64,000 nt of DNA from an uncultured Eubacteriales bacterium (GCA_900316025.1 ONBJ01000003.1:19642-83641), one strand, 5' to 3'; positions 32,711 through 43,345 are shown, counted from the stretch's first letter. Notes: generated by a model from the sequence alone, not told the origin. A program made the numbers and translations.

Positions 32711-33329
32711 ATATACCATAATAGGAATTACGGGACAAACGGGAGCAGGAAAGTCCTCAATTACACAGTACGCACAGAGTATAGGCTGTCATATTATAGA
32801 TGCAGACCTGACCGCAAGAAAAATTCTTGAAAAGGGAAGCGTATGCCTCGACTGTCTGAGTGTTGCTTTCGGTAACGATATAGTCCATAGTGACGGAACT
32901 CTTGACAGAAAGCTTCTTGCCAAAAGAGCATTTTCCTCATTTGAAAACACAGACAAACTCAACAGCATAACACACCCGTTCATATTTGCCGAAACCATCA
33001 GAATGATTGACAGCATAAGAAATATCAAAAAAGACGCAGTAATAATACTTGACGCTCCGACACTGTTTGAAAGCAGGATAGATGTCATATGTGATTACGT
33101 GATAGCCGTTATATGTCCCGAAAGCATAAGACGTGAACGTATTATAAAAAGGGACGGTCTTTCCGAGGCTGATGCTGACATACGTCTGAAGGCTCAGAAA
33201 GATGACAGCTTTTATATCGGAAAATCTGATTTTATTTTAAACGGAGCTGATAATCCCGATAAGCTTCATATGAAGCTTAAAGATATAATTCTTGAAACCG
33301 CAGGACATCGGGAGGTGAACAAATGCTGA
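32703..33329 (+). CDS. coaE: Dephospho-CoA kinase
   Basis: IGITGQTGAGKS, IDADL, LNSITHP, LDAPTLFE. Confidence 0.92.
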   Translation: MREYTIIGITGQTGAGKSSITQYAQSIGCHIIDADLTARKILEKGSVCLDCLSVAFGNDIVHSDGTLDRKLLAKRAFSSFENTDKLNSITHPFIFAETIRMIDSIRNIKKDAVIILDAPTLFESRIDVICDYVIAVICPESIRRERIIKRDGLSEADADIRLKAQKDDSFYIGKSDFILNGADNPDKLHMKLKDIILETAGHREVNKC

Positions 33330-34087
33330 AAACTGATAAAAAGGGCAGGGTAAACGGAGCAGCCATAACGGTTGTTATTTCGTTTTTGATTATAACAGCG
33401 GTTCTGATTGCCGTGATAGTTATGCTGTTCAATTCAGGAAAGCAGTTCGGAAAGGCAGTCAACAAGGTAGATTATGCAGAGCAGGTATACAGATATTCCG
33501 CAGAATATCAGCTTAACCCGAATTTAGTGTTTGCCATAATAAAGACTGAAAGCAATTTCAATACAAATGCCGAATCTCAGGCAGGAGCAAAAGGACTTAT
33601 GCAGATTATGCCCTCCTCGTTTGAATGGCTGCAAAGATACAATGACGGTGAAGAAAAATATTCTACAGACAATCTGTATGACCCCGATATAAACATAAGA
33701 TACGGCTGTGTTTTTCTGAGATTTCTTTTAGACAGGTATACCGTTGAAAGAACAGCCGTTGCAGCATATAACGCAGGCTTCGGAAACGTTGATTCGTGGC
33801 TCGAAAGTACTGAATATTCCTCTGACGGAAAAAATCTTTCACGCATACCATATTCCGAAACAGCGAGCTATGTCGATAAGGTGGAAAATTACAAAAGATA
33901 TTACGAAAGCAATATTTCTCAGGAATATATTGTTTCGGGTGACGGTGAAAATACTCCTGAAATATCAGATGATATTTCAGACGAAGAAGTAAGCGAAAAC
34001 CTGAGTGAAAGCTCAGATGAATCAAGTGAAGATTATAACGGATATTCTTACGAATACTCAGATGATGAGGAATTAAGTGAAGAATAG
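33323..34087 (+). CDS. Lytic transglycosylase (SLT domain) with acidic tail
   Basis: IIKTESNF, GAKGLMQI, NIRYG, AAYNAG; usual neighbour of coaE. Confidence 0.9.
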   Translation: MLKTDKKGRVNGAAITVVISFLIITAVLIAVIVMLFNSGKQFGKAVNKVDYAEQVYRYSAEYQLNPNLVFAIIKTESNFNTNAESQAGAKGLMQIMPSSFEWLQRYNDGEEKYSTDNLYDPDINIRYGCVFLRFLLDRYTVERTAVAAYNAGFGNVDSWLESTEYSSDGKNLSRIPYSETASYVDKVENYKRYYESNISQEYIVSGDGENTPEISDDISDEEVSENLSESSDESSEDYNGYSYEYSDDEELSEE

Positions 34088-34129
34088 TACTGACACCTGT
34101 GTTCAAAATTAAAGAGAGGATTTGATAAA

Positions 34130-35530
34130 ATGAGCATTGAAAAAACAAATGCAGAAAAGCTGAAGGAAAAGCTTTTTGCCAAAAAGGATAAGGGTATAAA
34201 AAATCTGTCAGAAGAGGAAATAATCAAAGCTGACGAGTTTTGCGGAAAATATGCGGAATTTCTCAATCTTGCAAAGACAGAGCGTGAAGCAGTTGAAATC
34301 TCCTTAAAGACAGCAAAGGAAAACGGTTTTGAAGAATATGACAGAAACAAAAAATATAATGCAGGCGACAGAATTTACTGCGTAAACCGCAATAAAAACA
34401 TTCTTCTTGCAGTATTCGGAAAACAGCCGCTTGAAAAGGGCGTGAGATTTTCCATAGCACACATAGATTCCCCTAGACTGGATTTGAAACCTAACCCTCT
34501 TTATGAATCAAGTGAGCTTGCTATGCTGAAAACCCACTATTACGGAGGAATAAAAAAATATCAGTGGACGGCAATTCCGCTTGCACTTCACGGAGTAGTT
34601 GCTTTTAAGGACGGTTCTTCCGTTACCGTAAGAGTAGGCGATGATGACAGCGAGCCTTGTTTTTGTGTTACAGACCTGCTTCCACATCTTGCAAAAGAGC
34701 AGGTATCCAAAACACTTTCAAAGGCTATAGATGGTGAGGACTTGAACGTTCTTATCGGCAGCAGACCTTTTGACAACACAAAAGAAGCCGAAAACGTAAA
34801 GCTTAATATACTTAATATACTCTTTGAAAAATACGGAATTACCGAATCCGATTTTCTTTCGGCAGAGCTTGCTATGGTTCCTGCTTTCAGGGTACGTGAC
34901 ATAGGCTTTGACAGAAGTATGATAGGTGCATACGGTCACGATGACAAGGTGTGTGCATATCCTGCACTTATGGCAGCAATAAACACCAAATCTCCCGAAT
35001 ATACCGCAATAACAATTCTCACAGATAAGGAAGAAACAGGCAGTGACGGAAATACAGGTATGAAGTCCGCATTTATGGAACACTTCATAAACGAAATCGC
35101 AGAAGCTCAGGGCGTAAAAGGATACACCGTACTTGATAACAGCAAATGTCTTTCAGCCGATGTAAACGCAGCATTCGACCCCACATATGCAGGGGCTTAC
35201 GAAAGCAATAACAGTTCATATATCAACAAAGGCGTAGTCATAACTAAATACACCGGAAGCGGCGGAAAATACGGAACTTCGGACGCTTCGGCAGAGTATA
35301 TGGCTGAAATACGCAGTATGCTCGACAAAAACGGCATTCTCTGGCAGAGCGGAGAGCTTGGAAAGGTTGACGGCGGAGGAGGCGGAACTATCGCAAAGTA
35401 TGTTGCAAATCTTAATGTTGACGTTGTAGACTTAGGTGTTCCTGTTCTTTCAATGCACGCTCCTCTTGAGGTCGTTTCAAAAATTGACGTGTATATGGCT
35501 TACAAGGCATTCTGTGCATTTTTTGAATAA
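34130..35530 (+). CDS. M18 family aminopeptidase
   Basis: AHIDSPRLDLKP, GHDDKVC, DKEETGS, SADV, SMHAP. Confidence 0.92.
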   Translation: MSIEKTNAEKLKEKLFAKKDKGIKNLSEEEIIKADEFCGKYAEFLNLAKTEREAVEISLKTAKENGFEEYDRNKKYNAGDRIYCVNRNKNILLAVFGKQPLEKGVRFSIAHIDSPRLDLKPNPLYESSELAMLKTHYYGGIKKYQWTAIPLALHGVVAFKDGSSVTVRVGDDDSEPCFCVTDLLPHLAKEQVSKTLSKAIDGEDLNVLIGSRPFDNTKEAENVKLNILNILFEKYGITESDFLSAELAMVPAFRVRDIGFDRSMIGAYGHDDKVCAYPALMAAINTKSPEYTAITILTDKEETGSDGNTGMKSAFMEHFINEIAEAQGVKGYTVLDNSKCLSADVNAAFDPTYAGAYESNNSSYINKGVVITKYTGSGGKYGTSDASAEYMAEIRSMLDKNGILWQSGELGKVDGGGGGTIAKYVANLNVDVVDLGVPVLSMHAPLEVVSKIDVYMAYKAFCAFFE

Positions 35531-35563
35531 TCCCCCAATATGATGTAATTCTGACAGAAAAAC

Positions 35564-35657
35564 CATAAAGTTTAGGTCAAGCCTTTTCAAAGGCTTGCGG
35601 GTCAAGGGCAGAGCCCTTGCGGTTTCCAAAGGCGGAGCCTTTGGTCAGGATTTTTAA
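35564..35657 (+). repeat. Repeat family A, copy A4 (extra hairpin inserted, degenerate end)
   Basis: Same core as A1 plus CAAGGGC-AGA-GCCCTTG inserted between two GCGG motifs. Confidence 0.9.
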
Positions 35658-35796
35658 TGAAACCCCTAAATTACCAATAAGGCGAAATTCCTTATTATGG
35701 AATTTCGCCATAAATAATAAGCAGCCGCCTGAAAAGGCGGCTGCTCCTGTGCTGATAAAATCAAGCAGTTCTACTTTACAATCATATGTAATAAAA

Positions 35797-35967
35797 TTAC
35801 TCCTCAGAGGGAGCTCCAACGGGACATACACCTGCACAAGCACCGCAGCTAAGACATGCGTCAGCATCAATCTCAAACTTGCCGTCACCCTCAGAGATAG
35901 CCTCAACGGGACATTCAGCAGCACAAGCACCGCAAGCAATGCAGTCATCACTTATTTTGTAAGCCAT
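35797..35967 (-). CDS. 2[4Fe-4S] clostridial-type ferredoxin, 56 aa
   Basis: Manual translation MAYKISDDCIACGACAAECPVEAISEGDGKFEIDADACLSCGACAGVCPVGAPSEE; two CxxCxxCxxxCP; GGAGG RBS; below ORF-track cutoff. Confidence 0.95.
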   Translation of the reverse strand: MAYKISDDCIACGACAAECPVEAISEGDGKFEIDADACLSCGACAGVCPVGAPSEE

Positions 35968-36307
35968 ACAACAAACCTCCTTCTTTTAATAGATACAACA
36001 TCATTTTAACATTACTTGAAAAAAAATCAACCTATTTTATAAAATTTTTATATATTTTAAAAAAATTTAAAAAATTATTATAATGTTCATTCTAAATTTA
36101 TATATATGACAAAATGAAGAAAAACGGTCTTTTACGATTTTTTCCCCAAAAGTAAATATTGTGATATAAGTGTTAATATTTTGTAGCATTAAAATTTTAT
36201 AAAATTATATACACAGCCAATTAATTATTGTAAAATACAAGTGTATTATTACGGATAATCTTTATTTGTCCGCAATAAAAGTTATAAGGAAAGGACGGTT
36301 TATTTTT

Positions 36308-38512
36308 ATGAACGGTAAGCCAAATGAGGATAAAACTTCTGATAAAGTATATTCTTTATCAGATAATGAAAGTAAATCTGCGGCTGACGGCAGCACCGAA
36401 AACAGCGGTATAAATCCCGACAATATCTATGAAACCACTCAGGATTTAGACAAAAAAAGAGCTTCGGGAGGAAATATGGATTCCGTGCAGTCTGACAGAA
36501 AAAGCTTTGACTTTAATGACGGGTACGATAAAGCCGACAGCACCGCTGCAAACGAAAACTCAGATACCAATGAAGCCTCTTATAATTTCCAGAATTCTGA
36601 AAACGTTGGTTATGAAGAATACTATAATCAGAATAACGGCGGTTATAATGCTTACGGAAATAATGCCTATCAGTACGATAACAATAATGCTAACGGCTAT
36701 AAAAGCTATGATTACCGAAACAGACAGGGCAGCGGATATTACGGAGGCAATCAGTACGGACACGGAGCATACGGAGGACAGCCGCCGTACAGCAATTCTC
36801 AGTATTACGGACAGCCGAGATATAACAATAATTATCCGCCCAATGCAGGATTTTATACTCCTATTAAAAAAATATACGATAAAATAGACAGACGCTTTTC
36901 GGTTTATGCACTTTTTGCAGGTTTTATTTTCGTATGGTTTATAGCCGTGGAAAATTTCAATTTCGGCATAGGAGCAAGCGTTTATTTTGTCGGTACTCTG
37001 TTCTTGTCATATTTTTATGTTCTGAAGAAAAAGCTTAAAATAGACTGGATACATAATATCGCATTTGTGTTTCTGATAATATTAAGCATTCCTTTCAGCA
37101 TATACAGCAACAGACTTGTACTTGCTATGGATTTTTCGGTACTGTTTTTCGGAACTTCCTACTGGGTGTACTCCAGCGGAGGAAAGGACAGAAAACGCTT
37201 TTCAAACACATTATCTGATTTTCTCGGCGGTACTTTGGGCTATCCTTTTATGAACTACGGTTCGATGTTTCCTGCGATGTTCAGCAAGGAAAAGGGCAGA
37301 AAGCACGGAAATGCCAAATGGATTATACTCGGTCTGCTTATAGCCGTTCCGATAGTTTCGGTTGTATCGGCACTTCTGCTTGAAAGCGATGAAATGTTCA
37401 AGGTAATGTTTTCGTTTATCTTTGATAATTTCATATCAAAGCTTCTGAAATACATATTATATGCCATTGTAGGTATTCCGCTGGCTATGGCGGTTTTCAG
37501 TTGCTGGTATACCAAATATGACGAAGAACAAAGGTATAAAATAAACCGAAACGGTTTTGGTTATCCTACAGGAGTAAACCTTAGTAAGAAAAAATCAGGT
37601 GTAGCACCTGCTGTTCTGATGTATGCTATAGCTATTCCGCTCTGCGTTGTATATCTTTTATATCTTATATCTCAGATTGCATATTTCATATCATTCCTTG
37701 CGGAAAATCTTCTGCCAAAGGATTTTACAATAGTAGATTATGCAAGAAACGGCTTTTTTGAGCTTTGCATTGTTTCTGTAATAAACATAATAATCATACT
37801 GCTGCTTTTTGCACTCACGATAAGAACGGAAGAAAACAGTCTGCCTGCGGGAATAAGAGTTATAACAGTGATTATGTCGCTGTTTACAATGATATTCATA
37901 AGTACCGCACTTTACAAGATGTTTATGTACATACAGCAGTACGGTTATACGGCTATGCGTATAAATACGAGCATATTTATGTTTTTCCTGATGATAGTTT
38001 TCGTTCTGACGATAACAAAGCAGTTTATACCTCAGTTCAGGCTTTTTCCTGCGGTGATTGTGTGTATGCTTGTTTTCCTTGCAGGGTATAATCTGGCTGA
38101 CACGGACGCATTTATTGCAAGAGAAAATATAAGACTGTTTGAGGAAAAACAGATAGGCTGGATGGGAAGCAGTCTTGTGGAGAAGCTTGATGATTCAGCA
38201 TATGAGTATATTATTCCGTTTGCCGATAAAGAGAACAACGGGCTTACCCGTGACGAACAGGAAAGTCTGGAAAGAGCAATAATGGAAAAATATTATTGGA
38301 ACAAGGACAAATATGATGATATGGCTGAGCATTTTCCGTCATTCAATGTAAGCAGATTCAAGGTTTACAGAATGCTGGAGGATTACCGTCAGAACCATAA
38401 GGACATATACGACAGATACTACGGTTATGATTATAAATCGTATTTATATGATGAAGATGATGAAGATGATGAGGCAGAATATGCCTACAGTCATATATAC
38501 GATGAGGTCTGA
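36308..38512 (+). CDS. DUF4153/DUF4173-type polytopic membrane protein with N/Y/G-rich N-terminus
   Basis: IILGLLIAVPI..ALLLESD..F, YARNGFFELC, YIQQYGYTAMRI patterns; start moved to ATG 36308. Confidence 0.75.
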   Translation: MNGKPNEDKTSDKVYSLSDNESKSAADGSTENSGINPDNIYETTQDLDKKRASGGNMDSVQSDRKSFDFNDGYDKADSTAANENSDTNEASYNFQNSENVGYEEYYNQNNGGYNAYGNNAYQYDNNNANGYKSYDYRNRQGSGYYGGNQYGHGAYGGQPPYSNSQYYGQPRYNNNYPPNAGFYTPIKKIYDKIDRRFSVYALFAGFIFVWFIAVENFNFGIGASVYFVGTLFLSYFYVLKKKLKIDWIHNIAFVFLIILSIPFSIYSNRLVLAMDFSVLFFGTSYWVYSSGGKDRKRFSNTLSDFLGGTLGYPFMNYGSMFPAMFSKEKGRKHGNAKWIILGLLIAVPIVSVVSALLLESDEMFKVMFSFIFDNFISKLLKYILYAIVGIPLAMAVFSCWYTKYDEEQRYKINRNGFGYPTGVNLSKKKSGVAPAVLMYAIAIPLCVVYLLYLISQIAYFISFLAENLLPKDFTIVDYARNGFFELCIVSVINIIIILLLFALTIRTEENSLPAGIRVITVIMSLFTMIFISTALYKMFMYIQQYGYTAMRINTSIFMFFLMIVFVLTITKQFIPQFRLFPAVIVCMLVFLAGYNLADTDAFIARENIRLFEEKQIGWMGSSLVEKLDDSAYEYIIPFADKENNGLTRDEQESLERAIMEKYYWNKDKYDDMAEHFPSFNVSRFKVYRMLEDYRQNHKDIYDRYYGYDYKSYLYDEDDEDDEAEYAYSHIYDEV

Positions 38513-38730
38513 TGACCCCAGATAAGGCGGTTTTAATTTCACGGCAGACATTATGTCTGCCGTGTTCTGAAATCGCCTGAATGTTGATATACGGCAAAAT
38601 AAAGTTAAAATATGTATTGCCGACTTTGAATTAATATGTTAATATATTATCAGGAGTTTAAAGATTTGCCCTGAATTTTATGTCTGAAATTTTAAGTTTG
38701 TATATAGCTGTCCGAAAAGGGTGATAAAAT

Positions 38731-40257
38731 ATGGTATGCTGCAGCAACAGTATGGGTATATTCGGAATAGAAACGTTTCTTGTCAAAATTGAGGTGGATA
38801 TTTCCAACGGCTTTCCCGGATTTGACATAGTAGGTTTGCCTGATGCGTCGGTAAAGGAGTCAAGAAACAGAGTGAGGTCTGCACTGAGAAACTGTGGGTT
38901 TGATATGCCCGACGGACAGATTACGGTAAATCTTGCACCTGCCGATATAAAGAAGGAGGGTTCGGTTTATGACCTTCCAATTCTTATAGCGTTGTTGAAA
39001 TATGCAGGGTATATATCCGCAGATATAGATGATAGCGTGTTTATAGGAGAGCTTTCGCTTGCAGGAGAGGTAAGAGGCATAAGGGGTGTTCTGCCGATGA
39101 CCATAAAAGCGAAGGAAATGGGTTTCAGAAGCATATTCGTGCCGTATGACAACAGGAACGAAGGAGCAGCAATAAACGGAATAGATGTATACCCTGTAAG
39201 AAACCTTCACGAAATATCCGGACATCTGAGAGGAAAAAAGATGATAAGTCCTGCCATTGTGGAGAAAAAGAATGATAATATTACATACGGTTTCGATTTT
39301 TCTCAGGTAAAGGGACAGTCAAAGGCTAAAAGAGCTATAGAAATAGCAGCTTCGGGAATGCACAATATACTTATGGTAGGTCCTCCCGGTTCTGGAAAAA
39401 GTATGCTTGCAAAGCGTATACCGTCAATACTTCCCGATATGAGCTTTGAAGAGGCGGTAGAAACAACAAAGATACATTCAATAGCGGGAATGCTTGGTTC
39501 TGAGGACGGACTTGTTATGAAAAGACCGTTCAGAGCACCTCATCATACAGTATCGCCGGCAGGATTGTCAGGCGGAGGAAGTGTGCCACGCCCCGGTGAG
39601 GTATCGCTGGCACACAACGGAGTGCTTTTTCTTGATGAATTTCCCGAATTTTCAAGGGCGGCGATGGAGGTTCTCAGACAGCCGATAGAAAACGGAGAGA
39701 TAACCATTTCAAGAGTAAGCGGTACGCTTTCGTATCCGTGTGACATAATGCTTGTGGCAGCTATGAATCCATGTCCCTGCGGATATTTTTCTCACCCTGC
39801 AAGGGAGTGCATATGCACTAAAAAAGCCATAACAAGGTATCTTTCAAAGGTATCGGGACCTATGCTTGACAGGATAGATATTCACATAGAAGTACCGCCT
39901 GTAGAGTTCAATGAGCTTAATTCCGAATCCGAGGAGGAAAGTTCGGCGGAAATAAAAAAGCGTGTGAACAGGGTAAGAGAAATACAGACCGCAAGATATG
40001 AGGGTACAGGCATAAAAAGCAACGCAGGAATATCGGCAGGAATGGTAAACAGATTTTGTCCGCTGAGCAGCGAGGCGAAGGAATTTCTGAACAAAGCTTT
40101 TGATTCAATGGGAATGTCTGCGAGAGCATATGACAAGGTGCTGAAGGTAGCAAGAACCATAGCCGATTTGGACGGAAGCGAAATAATAAAGATATACCAT
40201 ATAGCAGAGGCGATACAGTACAGAAGTATGGACAGAAAATATTGGAAATCGCAATAA
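38731..40257 (+). CDS. YifB/ComM family Mg-chelatase-like AAA+ ATPase
   Basis: VNLAPADIKKEG, GPPGSGKSML, PFRAPHH, GEVSLAHNGVLFLDE, MNPCPCG. Confidence 0.95.
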   Translation: MVCCSNSMGIFGIETFLVKIEVDISNGFPGFDIVGLPDASVKESRNRVRSALRNCGFDMPDGQITVNLAPADIKKEGSVYDLPILIALLKYAGYISADIDDSVFIGELSLAGEVRGIRGVLPMTIKAKEMGFRSIFVPYDNRNEGAAINGIDVYPVRNLHEISGHLRGKKMISPAIVEKKNDNITYGFDFSQVKGQSKAKRAIEIAASGMHNILMVGPPGSGKSMLAKRIPSILPDMSFEEAVETTKIHSIAGMLGSEDGLVMKRPFRAPHHTVSPAGLSGGGSVPRPGEVSLAHNGVLFLDEFPEFSRAAMEVLRQPIENGEITISRVSGTLSYPCDIMLVAAMNPCPCGYFSHPARECICTKKAITRYLSKVSGPMLDRIDIHIEVPPVEFNELNSESEEESSAEIKKRVNRVREIQTARYEGTGIKSNAGISAGMVNRFCPLSSEAKEFLNKAFDSMGMSARAYDKVLKVARTIADLDGSEIIKIYHIAEAIQYRSMDRKYWKSQ

Positions 40258-40544
40258 AAATAGAACTATTGACTGCTCTCAGAGGGAGATTGATAAATAA
40301 ATTGTGTTAAATTCCTTATTTGCAGAATATCAGTTTTTAGCAGTTGACAACTTGCCCTGTTTGTATTAATATATATGGTAGTATTTTCAGATGATAGGAG
40401 TGCGTTTGTTTGGTATAGGAAATGACGTACTCTTTATTATGTTATATTATGATGGTTGTGTGTGAAATATCAGGAGATGGGTTTAAGGATAGATTTGTTA
40501 TGAATGGAATATCTTAAAAATTTAAAATGTAGGGGTGTTAATCC

Positions 40545-41825
40545 TTGGAGAAACTCGTTATAAGCGGAGGAAAGGCATTGTCGGGGGAAGTTTCCGTCAG
40601 CGGAGCAAAGAACGCTGCCGTGGCGATAATCCCTGCAACAATTCTTGCAGACTCCCCCTGTACGCTGGAAAATGTTCCATGTATCAAAGATGTAGCGGTT
40701 ATGTTTGAGATTATGACCCGAATGGGTGCTGTGATTAAACAGACAGGCGAAAATACTTTCTACGTTGATGCTACGGGGGTAAATACAACAGATGTTGTGT
40801 TTGAGGAAGCGGGACGTATGAGAGCTTCATATTATATTTTAGGAGCTTTGCTTGCCAAAAAAGGAAAAGCCTGCGTAAGAATGCCCGGAGGGTGCTTTTT
40901 CGGCGACAGACCAATGGATCAGCATATAAAAGGATTCAGTATTCTTGGTGCGGACTGCAGGTTTGACGATCCGAAAGACTGCGTAAGCGTTTTTGCGGAA
41001 AAAGGACTTAAAGGCGGATATATATATATGGACGTTGTTTCTGTAGGTGCTACAATAAACGTAATGATAGCAGCGGTTACGGCAGAGGGAACAACGGTTA
41101 TAGAGAATGCGGCGAGAGAGCCTCATATAGTAGATGTGGCAAATTTCCTTAATATGATGGGAGCAAATATAAAGGGTGCAGGTACAGAAGTAATAAAGAT
41201 AAAAGGAGTAAAGGAACTCAAGGGAGTGAATTACTCCATAATACCTGACCAGATTGAGGCAGGAACATATATAGCGGCGATAGCTGCAACTCACGGAAAA
41301 GCTTTGGTGAAAAATGTGATACCAAAACATCTTGACTCTATAATAGTCAAGATAAATGAAATGGGAGTAAAAACCTCGGTAGGGGATAACGGTGACAGTA
41401 TCTTTGTAGATGCAGGCGGAGAGCTTAAATGCTGTAAGGTAAAGACAATGCCTCACCCCGGTTTCCCGACAGATATGCAGCCGCAGTTTGTGGCTCTTAT
41501 GGCAATGGCAACGGGAACAAGCCATATGCGTGAAACTGTGTGGGAATGCAGATTTCAGTATATTGAGCAGCTTATAAAGACGGGAATGGACGTAAAGATA
41601 AGCGGAAATAAAAGAGATCTCCTCATTATTGAAGGAGGAAAGAAGCTTCACGGTACAGATATGCAGGCTACCGACCTGAGAGCAGGAGCAGCTATGATTA
41701 TTACAGCACTTTGTGCAGACGGTGTAAGTACTATTTCCAATATCAATTATATTGAGCGTGGATACGACAGGATTGTAGATAAGCTTAAAGCGATGGGTGC
41801 AGATATTGATAAGAAAGACTTCTGA
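40545..41825 (+). CDS. murA: UDP-N-acetylglucosamine 1-carboxyvinyltransferase
   Basis: SGAKNAAV, MRAS, PGGC..GDRP (active-site Cys), ENAAREPHIVD, HPGFPTDMQ, DLRAGA. Confidence 0.96.
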   Translation: MEKLVISGGKALSGEVSVSGAKNAAVAIIPATILADSPCTLENVPCIKDVAVMFEIMTRMGAVIKQTGENTFYVDATGVNTTDVVFEEAGRMRASYYILGALLAKKGKACVRMPGGCFFGDRPMDQHIKGFSILGADCRFDDPKDCVSVFAEKGLKGGYIYMDVVSVGATINVMIAAVTAEGTTVIENAAREPHIVDVANFLNMMGANIKGAGTEVIKIKGVKELKGVNYSIIPDQIEAGTYIAAIAATHGKALVKNVIPKHLDSIIVKINEMGVKTSVGDNGDSIFVDAGGELKCCKVKTMPHPGFPTDMQPQFVALMAMATGTSHMRETVWECRFQYIEQLIKTGMDVKISGNKRDLLIIEGGKKLHGTDMQATDLRAGAAMIITALCADGVSTISNINYIERGYDRIVDKLKAMGADIDKKDF

Positions 41826-41919
41826 TTTAATCAGTTTTCGGGCGGGCAGACCGTTAGGTCTGCCCGCTTTGTCAGAATTTTATGATTTGTAAGCAAAGAC
41901 AGGGGAACGGAGAAAAAAT

Positions 41920-42711
41920 ATGGCAAAAATATATCCGTTGTTCAGCGGAAGCAAGGGAAACAGCTATTATATAACATCATCGGGAAGAGGCATACTTATA
42001 GATGCCGGAAGAAGTGCCAAGCAGATAGAAAAGGCTCTTTCAGACAACAGCATAGACCCCAGAGGTATAGAGGGCATATTTATTACGCACGAGCATTCCG
42101 ACCATATAAAGGGAGTAAGAGTACTTGCATCAAAGTACGGAATAAATGTATACGCAACAGAGGGAACACTTCGCAGTATGGAAACGTCAGGGGATTTATC
42201 TCCCGAAAAATTCAGCAGCTATATAATAAACAGCGGAGCTGAGGCTGCAGGTATGAGAATAAAGCCTTTCCGTATATCGCATGACTGTGCAGAGGGTGTC
42301 GGATATACTGTTGAAACCTCTGACGGAAGAAAAATAGCTGTTGCCACCGATACGGGATTTATCACTCAGGAGATAAAAAGTGCCATAAAGGGAAGTGATG
42401 TTATAGTAATAGAGTCAAATCACGATGTAAATATGCTCCTGAACGGCGGTTATCCATACATACTTAAAAGAAGAATTTTATCCAATAAGGGACATCTGTC
42501 AAACGAAAGCTGTTCGGAATTTTTACCCGAACTTGTCAGAAACGGATCAACACGCTTTTTGCTGGCACATCTCAGCAAAGAAAACAATATGCCGCAGATA
42601 GCACTGCAATCGGCAAGGTGTGTACTTTCGGAACACCATATGAAAGAAAATTCGGACTACACCATTGATACGGCAAAGGAAACAACTGACGGAAGCTGTA
42701 TAATTTTTTAA
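41920..42711 (+). CDS. Metallo-beta-lactamase fold hydrolase (YycJ/WalJ-like)
   Basis: SGSKGN, THEHSDH, SHD, TDTG, ESNHD, GHLSN; next to rlmH. Confidence 0.88.
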   Translation: MAKIYPLFSGSKGNSYYITSSGRGILIDAGRSAKQIEKALSDNSIDPRGIEGIFITHEHSDHIKGVRVLASKYGINVYATEGTLRSMETSGDLSPEKFSSYIINSGAEAAGMRIKPFRISHDCAEGVGYTVETSDGRKIAVATDTGFITQEIKSAIKGSDVIVIESNHDVNMLLNGGYPYILKRRILSNKGHLSNESCSEFLPELVRNGSTRFLLAHLSKENNMPQIALQSARCVLSEHHMKENSDYTIDTAKETTDGSCIIF

Positions 42712-42729
42712 GGAGATATACAAACTGAA

Positions 42730-43212
42730 ATGCTTTCTGTAAATATAATATGTGTCGGAAAATTAAAGGAAAAATACTGGACACAGGCAGTCAATGAGTA
42801 TGAAAAAAGATTAAGGCTATTCTGCAAATTTAAAATAACCGAGGTCGATGAAGAGAAAATCTCAGATAATCCGAATGAAAGTCAGATTAATGCTGTTCTG
42901 GAAAAGGAAGGAAAGCGTATTCTGAAGAATATCGGAAAAAACAGTCAGGTTATAGCTCTGTGTATAGAAGGAAGTCAGGTATCTTCTGAGGGAGTTGCGG
43001 AAATATTCGGAAAAACGGCATTAAACGGCATAAGCAGTATAGATTTTATAATCGGCGGCTCATGGGGACTGTCAGACGAGGTAAAATGCAACTGTGATAT
43101 AAAGCTGTCAATGTCAAAAATGACTTTTCCTCACCAGCTTGCGAGGGTAATGCTTTGTGAGCAGATATACAGAGCCTTTCAGATAACAAGCGGAGGAAAA
43201 TATCACAAGTAA
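42730..43212 (+). CDS. rlmH: 23S rRNA pseudouridine-1915 N3-methyltransferase
   Basis: VGKLKE, FIIGGSWG, MTFPHQLARVMLCEQIYRA..YHK. Confidence 0.96.
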   Translation: MLSVNIICVGKLKEKYWTQAVNEYEKRLRLFCKFKITEVDEEKISDNPNESQINAVLEKEGKRILKNIGKNSQVIALCIEGSQVSSEGVAEIFGKTALNGISSIDFIIGGSWGLSDEVKCNCDIKLSMSKMTFPHQLARVMLCEQIYRAFQITSGGKYHK

Positions 43213-43215
43213 TAA

Positions 43216-43345
43216 GTCTGTGCTGACGGTGGTGCGATTGCCTTGTCAAAAGCTTTGCTTTTGACAAGCTTCAAGGTTACACCTTGAAGAGCCGTTTCAG
43301 AATTAAACTGAAACGGCTGCAATCGCACCGAAAATAAGCACAGAC
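43216..43345. repeat. Four-way-junction element B5
   Basis: GGTGCGATTGC/GCAATCGCACC plus outer GTCTGTGCT/AGCACAGAC; abutting hairpins 43242-68, 43269-89, 43290-318. Confidence 0.9.

Noticed and set aside
38525-38580. Hairpin after the DUF4153 gene as another cloverleaf
   Set aside because: Single inner hairpin and no GATTGC closing stem; treated as an ordinary terminator-like structure.
40391-40465. 24-codon uORF in the murA leader
   Set aside because: No RBS; AT-rich context makes chance ORFs likely.
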